Source: Chrysomallon squamiferum
Lineage: Eukaryota; Animalia; Mollusca
Assembly: GCA_012295275.1 (NCBI GenBank)
Contig: CM022668.1
Span: 1,798,001 to 1,862,000 of the forward strand
Direction of reading: 5' to 3'
Length of the DNA: 64,000 nucleotides
In this document: piece by piece, positions 38,317 through 54,587 of the stretch
Layout: the number at the start of each line of letters is the position of its first letter
Numbering within the stretch: position 1 is the first letter of the stretch
Notes under the pieces: generated by a model
Databases searched by the model: none
What the model was told of the DNA's origin: nothing
The model's input: only the letters and a program-made list of their open reading frames with translations
Translations under genes and position numbers: made by a program

Positions 38317-38643
38317 GAAGAAGAAGAAGAAGAAGAAGAATAGTAACAACAACAACAGATACAACAACAGCAACAGTAATAAAAAATAACAGTAACACCA
38401 CCAATAATAGTAGTAATAATAATGATAGCAGAAGCTGTTGCTGATGGTATTACTAATGTCGTTATAGTAGTAATTAATCGTTCTTGTTTTAAGGTTAAAT
38501 CAGTAAACATTGGTTAATTCCATTATAAATCAAACTTTTAAATTAAATCGTTGGTTTGCATCTGGGAATGGAGGGTGTGTTTTATATTAGTATAATTTTA
38601 TGACGATGATGATGATGAATGAATTATTTAGTAAATTACTTAC

Positions 38644-39652
38644 TTGTAATTGCTGAGGTCGGCTTAAAAGCAAACCATAGTTGAGCAAAAAAAAATGGCA
38701 TCCAACATATGACGTAACAGAGTACAACCGTCAAGGTCATTTTAATAGTTTTGACCTTTGACTTGGACATTGACCTAGTGTGACCTCTGGGGTTGACATT
38801 TCTTATTTTGGCAGTTCGCTGGTCATCGTCGTCGTTGAGGTGGTTGTTCGAGCGATGAGATTTGCGAAAAGGAATTTTCAGTAAAATACTTCTCTGCTTC
38901 CAGTTTGTAGTGATGCCATTTTCCTTTGACGTGGCGCTTAGCCAGACCACGTGACATATTCGCCCATAGCAGACACAGAGGAAAAGCGTGGGGATGATGT
39001 AAATCGACAAACAGCTCCACACAGTGTACACCTGGTCTGTCCACGCGGGGTCAAAGGTTACCCAACAGTCGTACACGCCCGATCCTTCCTGAACCTCCAT
39101 ATAGCTAAAAAGAAATATCTGTGGCAGAGAGAAAAGAAGGGAGAAAACCCACGCTACCAGCACCATGAGGTGGACTCTTTTGGGCGTCCAGATGTGACTG
39201 GTCAGTGGGTGGCAGATGGACGTGTATCGGTCGATCGCCGTCATCACCAGCACGTACGACGACGCATACATAGCCACAACCTGAAAGTACTTCACGAATC
39301 GACACAGGAAGTCGTTTCCATAGAAACGGTATGTTATATCCCAGATGAGCTGAGGTAGGACGTTGAAGACTGCGACGAAGATGTCGGCCAGGCTGAGGTG
39401 CACGATGAACCACTGCATCCGCGTCATCTTCTGTTTGCGAGCGCGGAACACGATGAGGACGAAACTGTTTCCGAACAAAGCCAGGTAGAGAATCACTGAC
39501 TGCACGGCTATTTCTATCTTAGCCAAATCCTCGTCTCGCTTCAACGCATCGCTTCCGTTCGTAGAGTTACCGTTCTTGTCACCGAGCGTGAACGTCACTA
39601 AGTCATTTCCGCCGAAAGTGACTACTTCCGGTTTATAGTCTGTCAACTCCAT
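38644..39652 (-). CDS. Vasopressin/oxytocin-type (conopressin/cephalotocin-like) GPCR B, coding exon 1 (TM1-TM6)
   Basis: KRDEDLAKIEIAV, LSLADIFVAVFNVLPQLIWDITYRFYGNDFLC, DRY, YDCW, KVKTIKMT, CWMPFFFAQLW; donor ACAA|gtaagt, phase 1. Confidence 0.96.
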
Positions 39653-39737
39653 TACAAGCTAGTTTTATCCACCTTCCTTCTTTTCTTTCTTTTTTCTTTT
39701 CTTTTTTTTCTTCTGTTTTACAAGATCATCGTCAAAT

Positions 39738-39760
39738 CTGAAATAAACAAAGAGATCAAA
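39738..39760 (-). promoter_or_regulatory. Probable splice acceptor of a 5'UTR intron of receptor B
   Basis: Minus strand ttgatctctttgtttatttcag lies 85 nt upstream of the ATG. Confidence 0.6.
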
Positions 39761-39869
39761 AATGACTTCACACAAATCTCATATTTGTGTTATTTTGTCA
39801 TGTTAAATCTCTAAACAAAACCATAATTCTAAAATAAATCTCTTGGTTAAAATATATTGTTTATCTGAA

Positions 39870-39907
<38 letters not shown>

Positions 39908-40178
39908 TCCATATGGTTTTTACATTTATTATATATTTGTATATTGGTCCAAACATAACTGTTGTGTACATGAACATATTCAAATGTAGAAAGTAAAAGT
40001 TATATCAAAATTATGAGTAAGCAAACGACAGAGAGTGCAGGAGAGAGAAAGAGAAAAGAAAGAGAAAGAAAAGAGTGAACGTAAGAGACAGACACTGTGA
40101 CACAGATAAAAAGAGAGAGAGAAGACAGAAATAGGGAAAGAAAGAAAAGAGAAAGAGAAAAATAAGACAGAGACAGAA

Positions 40179-40252
<74 letters not shown>

Positions 40253-41111
40253 AATTGGAATGGATGGAGGCAGAGAGTCTGATAAAACCCATCAGAGACG
40301 TGTAGGAAGTTTTAATCTGTGCTAATTCCAACCTTTCCAGTAGCAGTTAAACAATTTTTAGAGTTTGGAGTGAACCAAACCGCCAATCAGTGAGAGACAC
40401 ATAAAGACGTGAGCTGGCGGCTTGCAAAACACTCTAATCAGGCTGCTTTGTCTAATTTTACCAGATTTTTATCTTCCTCCATTGTTCACACGACCCACGA
40501 CTCAAGAGGAAATCGCTCCTTCGGCGATTCATTCTTACTTGTTACTTATTGGCCGCGTTTACTGTTGGGCGTCAGAATGCTTTCAGTTCATTGTTCTTTT
40601 TCTTTATTCTTTTTTCTTCGGTTTCTATTTTTTTTTTTTTCCTTTGAATGAGACAAGTGAGTTCAAGTATGAATAACAATAAGCTATAATACTAATAAAT
40701 TTAGTACTTTTATTAGTAAGTACGCTAATTTCACTAACACTTGAAGTCATTTAAATTGGTTCTGTTTTTGATTCGTGTTCTAATTGCAGTAACAATAAAC
40801 TATTGTATTTTATTATTATTGTTGTTGTTGATGTAATTGTAGTTGTTGCTGTTGTTCTCGTCGTCGTCTGCCAACGTCGCTAGATTATATTAAAAAGTCA
40901 ATTTAGTAGGTGAATATTTGTACGGAGTCAAATTTTTTAGCATGGCTCGTCATAAAATTATCATCAATTACTTCATCATAATTTTTTGATGTTCCTATGT
41001 GTAGCTAATATGACTGGGTATGTTTTGTTTGTTTTTAATTACGTACGTATATAATATATATATATATATATATATACTGAGGAATGCATTTTAGGATTTG
41101 AATATTCATTA

Positions 41112-41282
41112 TTATGTACGTCTAATTAGACTGCACATAGACAATATTCCGGAACACACTGGCGCAGGAGGACAAAGTCCAACCTTGACTTCACAAACCC
41201 CGACAGATGCCGCTGACAAGAATTGAACGTATGGCACCCGCTGCGCAGCTGTGAAGGCGGACGTCGTTACTGTTCGGCCATC
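41112..41282 (-). mobile_element. tRNA-derived SINE-like element, copy 1
   Basis: Minus strand GATGGCCGAACAGTAA (A-box-like) ... GTTCAATTC (B-box-like); aligns over its length with 48904-49040. Confidence 0.7.
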
Positions 41283-41994
41283 AAAACAACCTTGTAAATA
41301 TTGATGTGTATACACACATACGTACGTACATATATATATGTATGTATGTACGTTCGTACATATACATGCTTGTATGTATGTATGCATGCATGCATGGACG
41401 TATGTATGTATGTATGTATGTATGTATGTATGTATACTGATGTTTTTGGTAATGTTTGGTTTCGTATTTGGTAGAACAGATGGATTACAGCTGGCTATGT
41501 CTTGTTTTTCAGAGCTAAAACATCTGAAAACCAGACATATAATTACCATCAGCTTATTTTAATTACAAGACTTGTTTTTAACAAGAATCCATTTCGTTCT
41601 TTGACTCGCCAGCAGTGACCACTTGCATGTGATTTATTATGAACACAATGACCAACCACTGACCTGTGTCCTTGAAGATGGCTAATCAAAGACGTCATGG
41701 GGAAACGTCACGGTATCGGTTTAACTAATATGCGCAGTTTCGTCGCCAGGCAAGACAATTGATCCGGCGACACGTTTTGTCTGAGGTTAGCGGCCAGCAG
41801 GAATCCAGCTCACGTTGTTTTTGTTGTTGAAATAAAGCCAGATAATTATCATCACCTGCAAATCCTCGTCTAATCTCTGCTGTTTATAGTAACACGTTCT
41901 CAACTCTCCAGTTTAGTTTTGTTCCAACACGCGGGTTAGTGTACGACAACACTAATCACTGGATTGAAGAGAACAAGTACGTACAGTTTCAAAA

Positions 41995-43030
<1,036 letters not shown>

Positions 43031-43117
43031 AGCTATGCTCCTCATATAATCAACCCGGAGATAATTAACAACCACATATTGACAAGAATTTGACATTTCT
43101 ATCATTGTTTTCTACTA

Positions 43118-43700
43118 ATGTTATTTTCTACTGCTATTATTTTCTATCATTATTTTTTCTACTTTTATCATTTTATTGCTATTATTATTTTCTACATTTA
43201 TTATTTTTATAATTTATTATTTTCTACTATTATTATTTTTTTATTATTGCTATTTTTACTTCTATTATTATTTTCTATATTTATTATTTTTATTACTATT
43301 ATTTTCTACTGTTATTATTTTCTACTATTATTTTTTATTATTGTTATTTTTACTTCTATTATTATTTTCTATATTTATTATTTTTATTACTATTATTTTC
43401 TACTGTTATTATTTTCTACTATTATTTTTTATTATTGTTATTTTTACTTCCATTATTATTTTCTATATTTATTATTTTTATTCCTATTATTTTCTATAAT
43501 TATTTTTTAATTATTGTTATTTTTACTTCTATTATTATTTTCTATATTTATTATTTTTATTACTATTATTTTCTACTGTTATTATTTTCTACTATTATTT
43601 TTTATTATTGTTACTTTTACTTCTATTATTATTTTCTATATTTATTATTTTTATTACTACTTATCTTCTACTGATATCTTCGAATTCTATTATATTTTTA
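43118..43700. repeat. T-rich repeat of about 94 bp
   Basis: Recurrent tctattattattttctatatttattatttttattactattattttctactgtt... Confidence 0.88.
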
Positions 43701-44011
43701 TTACTGTTCTCTAACGGAGAGCTGATTGCAGTGAGTTGCTGAAACTCGTGTACGTTCTAACAGGCTGTGCACTGAACTCGGCTGTGGGCGAGAGTTTACT
43801 AAATTAATTTATCTCCAAAAGTTAATCCGTCACTGCTGGAAGCCGTTCTCATTTTTTAAATGTCAGTTAGTCTAAGAGGAGAAAACTTTCATCACACTTT
43901 CAGATCAGGAATTCTTGACAAGTCTACTTTGTTTAAAACTGGATAATGTTTCCAAAATAGCGCTCTTATTCACCAGAAAATGAGTATTTGTCGCTTCCTT
44001 CCTGTTTTTTC

Positions 44012-44043
<32 letters not shown>

Positions 44044-44769
44044 GTCCTCTGTCTTTTGTCTCTATTACATTTTGTGACGAATGTACTCAGATTTGAAATC
44101 TTTTCTAGAAGAGAGAAATTGCGATCTGATATATTACTTGTTTTTTGTTACTTTTTTTTCTTTGACCTGTAATCTTTAGAATCTATTACGGTATTCTGTG
44201 ATGACTTTATGCTTTTACCGAGTCAATGAGAAAAGATCAAACAGTATTCTAAATTTATGACGAAAATATTTTAGCACAAATCCAGCAAAGAAAGTGTAGA
44301 GAACATAAAAACTATTTTTAAAATTTCATGTAATTGTTTTCTTGTTTCAACGCTGAGTGACTAATCAGAACTGGAAAAATATTGTTTAAACCATAAACTG
44401 TTACCGTTATTAGAAAATAACTCACTTTAAATACAATGTCATTTATTTATTTATTTTGAATTTTATTGTATATATTTTATTTATTTTATTGTTAATTTCT
44501 TTTATTTTACTATTGTTTACTATTTTTCCTTTTTTTAAAACTATTTTGAAATTTATTTATCTGTATTGTTTAAAAATTTATTATTTCTTTCTTTCGTTCT
44601 TTTCTTCTACTATAGTATAGAAGAGCGTTTATCAGGAAATGGCAATTGCTTGAAAAAATATTCATTATTCGGATATGAAAAATAAAATCTGTAATGGACT
44701 TTAAAATCAATATCATAATTTTGCAACGTAAACTTGTATTTGATTATCTAAACTTCTAATTAAATTGAT

Positions 44770-45335
44770 ATGCGTGAGATAAATATGTGTTATATTTTAC
44801 ACTGTTCAGTAAAACTGATATACTTGACGTGTTATATTTTACACTGTTTAGTTAAAATGATAAACTCGAAGTGTTATATTTTGTTAAATGATAAATCTGA
44901 GATAAATATGTGTTATATTTTACACCGTTTAATTAAACTGATAAACTTGATGTGTTATATTTTACACTGTTTAATTAAACTGATAAACTCGATGTGTTAT
45001 ATTTTACACCGTTTAATTAAACTGATAAACTTGATGTGTTATATTTTACACCGTTTAATTAAACTTATAAACTTGATGTGTTATATTTTACACCGTTTAA
45101 TTAAACTGATAAACTTGATGTGTTATATTTTACACTGTTTAGTCAAAATGATAAACTTGACGTAAAAATGTGTTGTATTTTATATCGTTTAGTAAAATGA
45201 TCAGCTTGAGGTAAACCTGTTGTATTTTATATCGTTTAGTGAAAATGATAAACCTGAGGTAACATGTGTTGTATTTACACCGTTTAGTGAAAATGATAAA
45301 CATGAGGTAAACACGTTTTATATTTTACTCTGTTT
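44770..45335. repeat. 42-bp minisatellite
   Basis: Unit tgtgttatattttacaccgtttaattaaactgataaacttga. Confidence 0.93.
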
Positions 45336-45504
45336 AATATCTCTGATACATGTCACTCTTTACTAAAACGTAGATTTGTAATAACAGTTTTAGCAAGATG
45401 AAAAACCACAGAATATTTACATTAAAGCAAAAGATGTATTTTAATTTAACACAAAAACTCATAACTGTTTGACTTTCGTAGAAAAATATAAAAGAGTGGT
45501 CACA

Positions 45505-46040
45505 TATCATGTAATAACAGGAATATATCACAGCGAGATGACGTGTTGTAACATGATGACGTCTTGTGTAATAAAACGAATACGTCATAGCGAGATCAAG
45601 TATTGTAACGTGTAATAACATGAATTTATCATAGTGTGATGACGTGATGTAACGTGTAGTAACAACACGAATCTATCATAACGAGAGTATTTGTTGTAAC
45701 GTGTAATAAGACGAAATGATCATAGCGAGAGCACGTGTTGTAATCTGTAATAACAGGAGTATATCATAGCGAGATCACGTATTGTAACGTGTAATAACAC
45801 GAATATATCATAGCGAGATGATGTGTTGTAACGTGTAATAACACGAATATATAATAACCAGAGCAACGTGTAATAAGACGAATATATCATAGCGAGAGCA
45901 CGTTTTGTTACGTGTAATAACACGAATATATCTTTGGGAGTTGACGTCCTGTAACAACACGAATACGTCATAGGGAGATGGCATTTGTAACGTGTTATAA
46001 CTCGAATATATCATAGTGAGTGTTGCATAGTGTAATAACA
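45505..46040. repeat. 44-bp minisatellite
   Basis: Unit tgtaacgtgtaataacacgaatatatcatagcgagatgacgtgt. Confidence 0.9.
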
Positions 46041-46532
46041 CACTTACAGCGTGTCACGTAGTGTTTCATATTACTGTTAGCTACAAGTCATCAATGTGAT
46101 ATAAAAAACGTCGCACGCCGATTGTGCGCAGTGAGTACATGATAACTCACTTCTTATCTCGTAATGAGGCAAGAAAACATGGTTCAAGAGGAAATTGATC
46201 GAGTCAGAGGTGAAACATCACTGAAATATCTGCGTATTGATAACAGTTCTTGGCTCAACCACATCTTTTAAACCTCCCTTCCACATAGTATTCATATTGA
46301 TTTAAGTGGTAGAAATACTCCTGACAAATATTTAAATATTGTTAGTTTTCTGAAACCTTCTCTAAATATATCTCTAACATTGTTTTTTGAATTTAATTTA
46401 ATTAATTTAATTAATTAATTTATTTATTTAATTATTTTTATTTCTTGATGGATTAATATATATAATTATTATTATCATCTTTTAATTCATTTATTAATTT
46501 CTAGATAATTCTGTTTAACTTTATTAGTTTTG

Positions 46533-46566
<34 letters not shown>

Positions 46567-46718
46567 AAAACAAAAAACTTGTTCACAAACAAAATGATAT
46601 AAACCGAAGTGGTCTGATAAGTAAAACAAATCAGTTTGTAGTGTGAAACTGACAGCAGCTCATCAAACCAGTCAGTGCCTGGTTTAACTGTGGACGTGAA
46701 TAATTTCATGAATATTTC

Positions 46719-46766
<48 letters not shown>

Positions 46767-46793
46767 CAGACAGAGAGATCGACAGATACGCTC

Positions 46794-46824
<31 letters not shown>

Positions 46825-47031
46825 AAACTTCAACATCAGTTATATCAGTTATCTTTCTTCTTTTTTTCTGTCTTTTACCATGAACATTTTCACTCACTCA
46901 AATAAAAAGCGGTTATTTGACGTAGGGCATCCTAGTTCTAATTGAAACCATTTTATTTCATATTAACATGCAAAAAGAAACAGAGGCAAGTACATACACA
47001 ATCACGCATACAGAAAAAAACACACACACAC

Positions 47032-47113
<82 letters not shown>

Positions 47114-47861
47114 GATTTGTAGAGTTGGATTACTCGGGAGACAAAAGTACGGGTATAAAATTGTGAAATTATTTAGCTAAGATCATAATTATAAATAAAT
47201 ACTACTACTACTACTAATAAAACAAATATTAATAAAATAAAATAAAACAAATGAAAAGTAAGCAGACAACAACAACACTGGTGATAACACAGGCTTACCT
47301 CTCTGACAGATGGGTTACACGAGGAATGCTTTGCGACGTAAGACTTTCCTCCGAGTGAGATCAATAGACTGATTCTGTGGCGCACAATGCACAGTAAGTC
47401 TCGTAGGCGTAACGTGCAGCTCTTTCACAGTCCATGATTTACCTTGTCTGTGAGTATGCGTTTCATCCGCAGGTGCAGTTTCTCTGACGGATGTAAGTCG
47501 CCACCTTTATCTATTACCGGTAATTCAGTTAGTGTTAATTCCCTGATACGAAAATTAATGTTTACTGTCGAAGAAAAATAAAATAACTGCAAAAACATTA
47601 TAACAGTTATCATCATCAGCAGAATCATCAGCACTGTTACCAAGGTAACCTTTAACAATAACATTGCCATCTTCAGCATCACAGGGCATCAAATAGGAAA
47701 CCAACCAAACAAGCCCAAAGACAAGCAAAACAAATAAACAAGAACAAATTAATTACTTGTAAATAAATAAATAAATAGTCCATTAAGCAAGCAAATGATG
47801 AATACTGAATAATGAATTAATAACTAGACACTAATTAACCAACTAACTAAATAAATGACTG

Positions 47862-47944
<83 letters not shown>

Positions 47945-48725
47945 ACAAATGACTATCTAAGTAACGAACTAAGTAAGTAAATAAATAAGTAACTAAGAAA
48001 GTAGGTAAATAAATAAATACATAAATAAATATAATAGTTACAGAAAGAAGATAAAGGAAAAAAGAAATACCAATAGCACTGTAAAAAATTATTAAAATAA
48101 AACTGAAAAACAGGACTGAGAAGAATAATAAAAAAACAAATAAATAATATTCCTCATCTCGAACAGACACGCTGACTGCAATTTTAGACAAATTGATTTA
48201 ATATTCAGCGACAACTCCGGCGGAGTCACTGTGTAAATAATTTGTTTTACTTCGACAACATCATTCACAGTGTTATAAAATATAAACTAACAACATCGCA
48301 GTAGAGACGTTTTCACATAATGTATAACCGTACATACGTATTTATATAACTGTAAATAGATATCGGTATGATATAACTCTGTATATCTGTTTTTATAACT
48401 GTATGGGTGGTTGGATGAACCCACGGACTCAAGCAGACAGACAGACAGAAATCTAAAGCGACCGATAAACAGAAAACAAGGCGACATTTAAAACATGCTT
48501 TGAATTAATTATAACGAAAATAGACACTAATGAAGAACAGCGTTTGTTTTAAGGTTGTCATAAGATAACACTCTTCTCAGAAATAAACTGTCACAATGAA
48601 CCACTGAAAAATACACATTTCCATACACATCCGCTACAACACTAACAATAGATATACATCCATACATCCATCCATTCATGCATACGTATATACATATATA
48701 CAAACATACATACACAGACACACCA

Positions 48726-48836
<111 letters not shown>

Positions 48837-48903
48837 AACACACACACACACGCATATGTATGCATACATACATCCTGGGAAGCGATGATTACCCTGGGTT
48901 ATT

Positions 48904-49040
48904 GGTGACTCAACGGTAACGTCGTCCGCCTTCGAGTCACGTCAGCGGCATCTGACGCGGTCTGTGAGGTCGTGATTGGACTTTCTGCCAGTGCGAACCC
49001 GAATATTGTCTTTGTGCAGAGTCTAATCAGACGTTCATAA
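48904..49040 (+). mobile_element. tRNA-derived SINE-like element, copy 2 (internally deleted)
   Basis: Shares gtaacg.cgtccgccttc, gtcagcggcatctg, tgtga.gtc, ttggacttt and gaatattgtct.tgtgcag..tctaat.agacgt.cataa with the reverse complement of 41112-41282. Confidence 0.7.
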
Positions 49041-49089
49041 GACAGGGAATATTAAAATCATAAAATACATATACACACACTCACACACA

Positions 49090-49213
<124 letters not shown>

Positions 49214-49407
49214 AGACACAACTCATACTAGCTAAGACCACTGCAGCTATCACTGTCACAAAATCAACAACGTTTCAGTAGCGCGCAGTCGGTGAGACAT
49301 TCTCTCTGTGGTTTAATGAGGTGAACATTGACCACGACGTCACGTATGCGCAGTCAATGACGAGTTAAGAAAATACACCTCAAGGGGAAACCAGTCAAGC
49401 CATTAAC

Positions 49408-49424
49408 TGTCGCTAGAGGGCGCC
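49408..49424 (+). promoter_or_regulatory. CTCF-like binding motif
   Basis: TGTCGCTAGAGGGCGCC matches the CTCF core consensus CCRSYAGRKGGCRS with one mismatch, inside a CpG-rich patch. Confidence 0.5.
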
Positions 49425-50544
49425 ATTGACACGGCTTCCGTTAAACGAAGCGTATGTGTTAAAAAAAAGGGGAATATGGAAGTTGTCTCTGCTTAAACGA
49501 AATTTTCCTTGATTTATTAATTTGATTTGTTTTTATTCACACTGCGCATTTTGGTTCTTATGTTACTAATACTGCTACTCTACTCATGTTACTACGCCTA
49601 TTACAAGAAGGGTACTAGTTATTACAGCCACTGCTACTAGTAATGATACTGTTACTAGTAAGTGTATTAGTGCAACTGCAAGTATCATAACTATAACCAC
49701 TAATACTCCTACATTATTACCATTATCACTGTTCCTGATACTAGTAGTAATAATAATAATAATAGTAGTGATTTAATAATAGTACAGTGATAGTAGTAAT
49801 AATAATAGTAATAGTAGTGGTAGTTATAATTGTAGTTATAGTAGCAGTAGTAGTAGTAGTAGCTGTAGTAATAGTAGTAGAGTAGTTGTAGTAGTAGTAG
49901 CAGTAGCAGGCAGCGGCAGCAGCAGTAGTAGCTGTAGTAATAGTAGTAGAGTAGTTGTAGTAGTAGTAGTAGTAGTAGCAGTAGTGGTAGTAGTAATGGT
50001 TGTTGTAATAGTGACGCTGAACCTCTTGAGGAACATGAAACTTAAATGCATAAAGAAAAAAAACATCTGTGTATTCGATTTAAACTGTGTTGACATGAAA
50101 GGTGACTGTTAAAATATTTACTTTGAGGAAGAGAAAATGTAAACGTGTGTAAATATAAACTGACTGACGGTGCACTGCATTAAAATAAACACTTCAACGT
50201 TTTAACACTGTTAGTGAATATCAGCACATTACTTTTATCATTTCACGCTCACTGTTATTATACTTCATTTTATCTCAAGGTCACGTGTGGACAACTCTAA
50301 CGTCATTTCATCTGACGGAAAACACAATGGCGACCTCAAATCGCTGCTTCATTTGCTCACCAAGTATTTGTTGGTTACAGAACGAGTGTGGCCTGTGACA
50401 GGCTGCAGTGTGCAGTGTTGTTTACGTGCCACACAGTTTTTGTCAAACCATCATCCCGAATCTGAGCTGCGACTGAAGAGATGAATTGTTAGATAAACAG
50501 ATCAATTTAAAGAACTATCAGTCAGCTACCTAAATTATTATTAT

Positions 50545-50576
<32 letters not shown>

Positions 50577-51635
50577 GTAGTAGTAGTAACAATAACCTGC
50601 ATATAAAATATAAAATGTATAAAACTATACATCAGCTAATTATATATAAAATGAAAAAGAATTAGTGAAAAATAATAATTAAGTTAATGAGAACTGAAAT
50701 ATGCAACTGGGACGTCCAAATTACCTGAACAGCTTCTTTTGACGTTGCTAAAAATAAAAAATAAAAGGTTAAAGTCAGTTCTCTAAATAAAACTAACTAG
50801 ATTAAAATAAGATTGAATGACGTAGATGTGAAAATTATTTCCTCTTCATATCATGAAATAAATAATAATTTAAAATAGATTAAAAATATAATTCCCTTGA
50901 TACTGAGCACACAGACAACCTTTTAAAACATTTTAAATTATTTTTTAATTACCGTCATGTTGTATATATTTTAAGGGTAAACCGATTACAGATTCCGGTT
51001 TATGCTATATTATAGATGATATTCTGGCATTAATCTCAAATAAATGACATTATAAGATGTTTATCATTTTTATTAACCACTTAATTGTTTCTAGTAAATG
51101 CTAACCAAGTTCCTGCAGTCCTAAGCAACTATTAATTAATTGTCTTTAAAATTCTAAACATTTCTTCTTTACCTGTCTCCATAATTCTGAAGAGACATTA
51201 TTCAAAAGTCTAAACAGCTGTTACGTAATTATTTCTAATTTTAAACAAATATAATGTTAACAATAACTGTCATTTAACTGTATCTAGAAAATTCAAGCAA
51301 ACAACGAATACTAATTTGTTTTGTTGTTGATTCTGCACGATAACAGAAACCCAGTTTTCACAGTATTTCTCATTTTTCTCTTTGTTAATCCAGTCAGCGA
51401 AAATCGTTTAAATCGAACTGGTAAAGTGTGGTTTAAAAACGTGGTGTTATTTCCCACCTATGTAAGGAGGATATTATTTAACCAGATCTAATTTTAATTC
51501 ACTGACCTTGATATTTGTTCACGTCCTTCAGGGGTTGTTAATCTTTTAAAGATAAGAATATTCTCATTGCTTCAAGGTCATAATCATATGAAATAAATTG
51601 AAGTAAACCATCCAGAAATTATCAAAATCAGTAAC

Positions 51636-51673
<38 letters not shown>

Positions 51674-52647
51674 AGAAAAAAAAAAAAAAAAATTGAAAAA
51701 CTAGGATGTGTTCTTAGACTATTTAATACGATTCATTTAACAAAACTGATAAAAGTGCGAAACATGATTTAAATAGTAATTAGTTATGGCGATTGGCTAA
51801 CTCACTCAAAAACTGACTAACCTACTGACTGATTTACTGATTTTCTGATTGATTGACTGACTGACTTATCAGACAAACTGACTGAATGAATACTGACTAT
51901 TATTATTATTACTGTTATTGTTGTTGTTGTTTTTGTTGTTACTTTGTTGTTACGGTTATTATTATTATTATTGTTATTGTTGTTATTGTAATGACTAAGT
52001 ATCAGACAAACGGTCTCAGTGACTAAACATTTTTTTATTATTATTATAATTGTTGTTGTTGTTGTTGCTGCTGCTGGTGTTGTTATGATATACAGTTGTT
52101 TTTTGTAAATAGTACTGGTTGTTATTGCTGTGTTGTGGTTAAATGTCACTGTGATCTGAGTTTCTTGCTTCAATCGTGTGATCACTCAGCTATTCTGACA
52201 AAAATGAAATACTTCCATTTTAATTTTCAAATTTTCAAATAATGATATGGTTTCTTTTGATTAAATGAAGAAAGCATCAATTCTCTCTCTGTCTGTGCCT
52301 GTCTCTCTGTCAATCTATCTACCTATCCCCTCTGTCTCATTAAAACAGAGATGATGAAATACTAAAAGAAAAATACACAGTTGCAGCTTATACACATGTA
52401 AGTAAACACACCAGTAAGATATATCATCCTGTTAATATTAAAATGTGTTGTTTTATTAATGAGCGACAGAGTCAAAGAAAATCAAAGCGGAAGATAAAGA
52501 AACAGAAAATAATAATAATAACCACCACCACCACCAACAACAACAACAGCAGCAGCAATAATAATAATAGCATGATGATGATGATGAAGATATTAATGAT
52601 CTGAATTATAATAACAAAAATATCTTTCATTGCTACTGTTCAAAAAC

Positions 52648-52680
<33 letters not shown>

Positions 52681-53184
52681 ACAACACTAGATTAGAAACT
52701 TAATGCTAATAATTAAAAAAATAATTAACAAAAAAAACATGACAAAATACACAAGCAATCAGAAAGGTGATTTTACCGCCTGCAGCCTCAATCTGGCGTC
52801 AATTAGCTGGACTCGTGACTTCGCCATCTTTGAACTGTGGCTGGCGGGCGAATGATTGCAAAACCAACCTCTTCCCAACACTTCTACCGGCAACAGTCTT
52901 TTCCTGGCGCTGTCCAGAATAGTGTCCGTAACCGCCAGCGAGGAAAATATTTTTCAAGTCTGAGTTTAGTAAATTCTTCACAGGCTTTGACTTGTTTTAA
53001 ACAATCCGGCCAGAAGCGAAATCTGGTGTTACACGAAAAATATTTGTACTCGTTTCTATAGCAACCACGACACACATACACTATCGAAACTGAGTCAGAC
53101 TAATGTAGCATTGTTTCTTTGTTTTATACTAGTATTTTTACTACGCTATTAGGACTGTTACTACCACTATTACAACTACTTAAA

Positions 53185-53223
<39 letters not shown>

Positions 53224-54302
53224 TATTATTATAACGTTATTACTATTATTATTATTATTACTACCATTACTACTATTATTACTATGACTACTGACAATAA
53301 TTATAACAATACAGTTACTGCAACTGCCTCAGAATTTTGTTAAAATATAACAATACCACTTTTCTATGAGTAGTATTAATAGTAACACTAACAATAGTAC
53401 TAGTTCTAGTAACTGTAATAGTAATGATTGTAGTATTAGTAGTAGAAATAGTAATGAAACAATAATAGTAGAAGTAATAGTAGTGGCATTAGTAGTAGTA
53501 GTAATGGTAGTAGTTGTAGTAGTGTTAGTGATAGTAGTAGTAGTAGTTGTTAAATAGTAGACTAAATGTAGTAATTATATTAATATTATGTAGTAGACGT
53601 ACACGTAGTAAAAGTAACAACAGCATTAGTGGTAACAGTAGTAGTAAAAGTATGAAGTAGCAGCTTAACTAGATATACATATCTTAGTGAAATTAGAAAG
53701 TAGTCTTGTTAACACAAATTTAATAAAAACTCGTATGTCTGGACCCGACGAGGTTCCTGAACTTTAACGAGAACTAGAAAAGTCGCGTCGACATCTGAAA
53801 ACAATAATTGAAAACGAGAAATGTCAACGAACGAAGAAAGGAAAATAATTATTAAAAAAAAAATACATTTAATAAGCTGTCACTTTTAGTCTGAGAGAAA
53901 ACTGATATATATTTATTAAAGGCAAATGTTCTAGACATTAGTGAAAAAATTGTTCGTTATCTTTTTCTTTGTCTTTCTTGCTTTCTTTCATTCTTTCTTA
54001 ATTTTTTTTCATGTCATTATTAATCGACTATTAATAAAATAAAATTATAAAGTACATTTCTTCTGATTTTAACCAAGCCTAACTTTGCACTTTCGGTTAC
54101 TTCCAAATTTAACTAATTACAAAACTATCTAAATTCGATTTTCAAATGATCCCTTCATTTTTATTTTTATTTTAAAATGCTATATAAATTAATTCATTAT
54201 TTATCGTTCTGCTTTCTTTTATTTGGTTCTGTTTTATTTTAACAAATATTGTCTAAAGGCTTCTTTTTACTTCTTTATTTATTTTCTTCATCTCTTATGC
54301 TC

Positions 54303-54336
<34 letters not shown>

Positions 54337-54544
54337 TAATAATAATAATAATAATAAAAAATAATAACGGTATATATTTCGCGCTGAAGGATAGGTTCTG
54401 GCTTTCCTGGCTGAACGATCATTTACGTCATAATGACGTCACTAATTACTAAATTCAAATGGCAAAACTGTTAAATGATCACTCATGTCGAAGATACGCA
54501 AAAGAAAACAAAATTTGTTTCTTTTTTTCTTTTCTCTTCTTTTG

Positions 54545-54587
<43 letters not shown>

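Noticed and set aside
52799-53081. Short complex ORFs (also 35408-35596, 47425-47682, 50287-50484)
   Set aside because: No recognisable domain and no consistent splice-phase partners; treated as non-coding islands.
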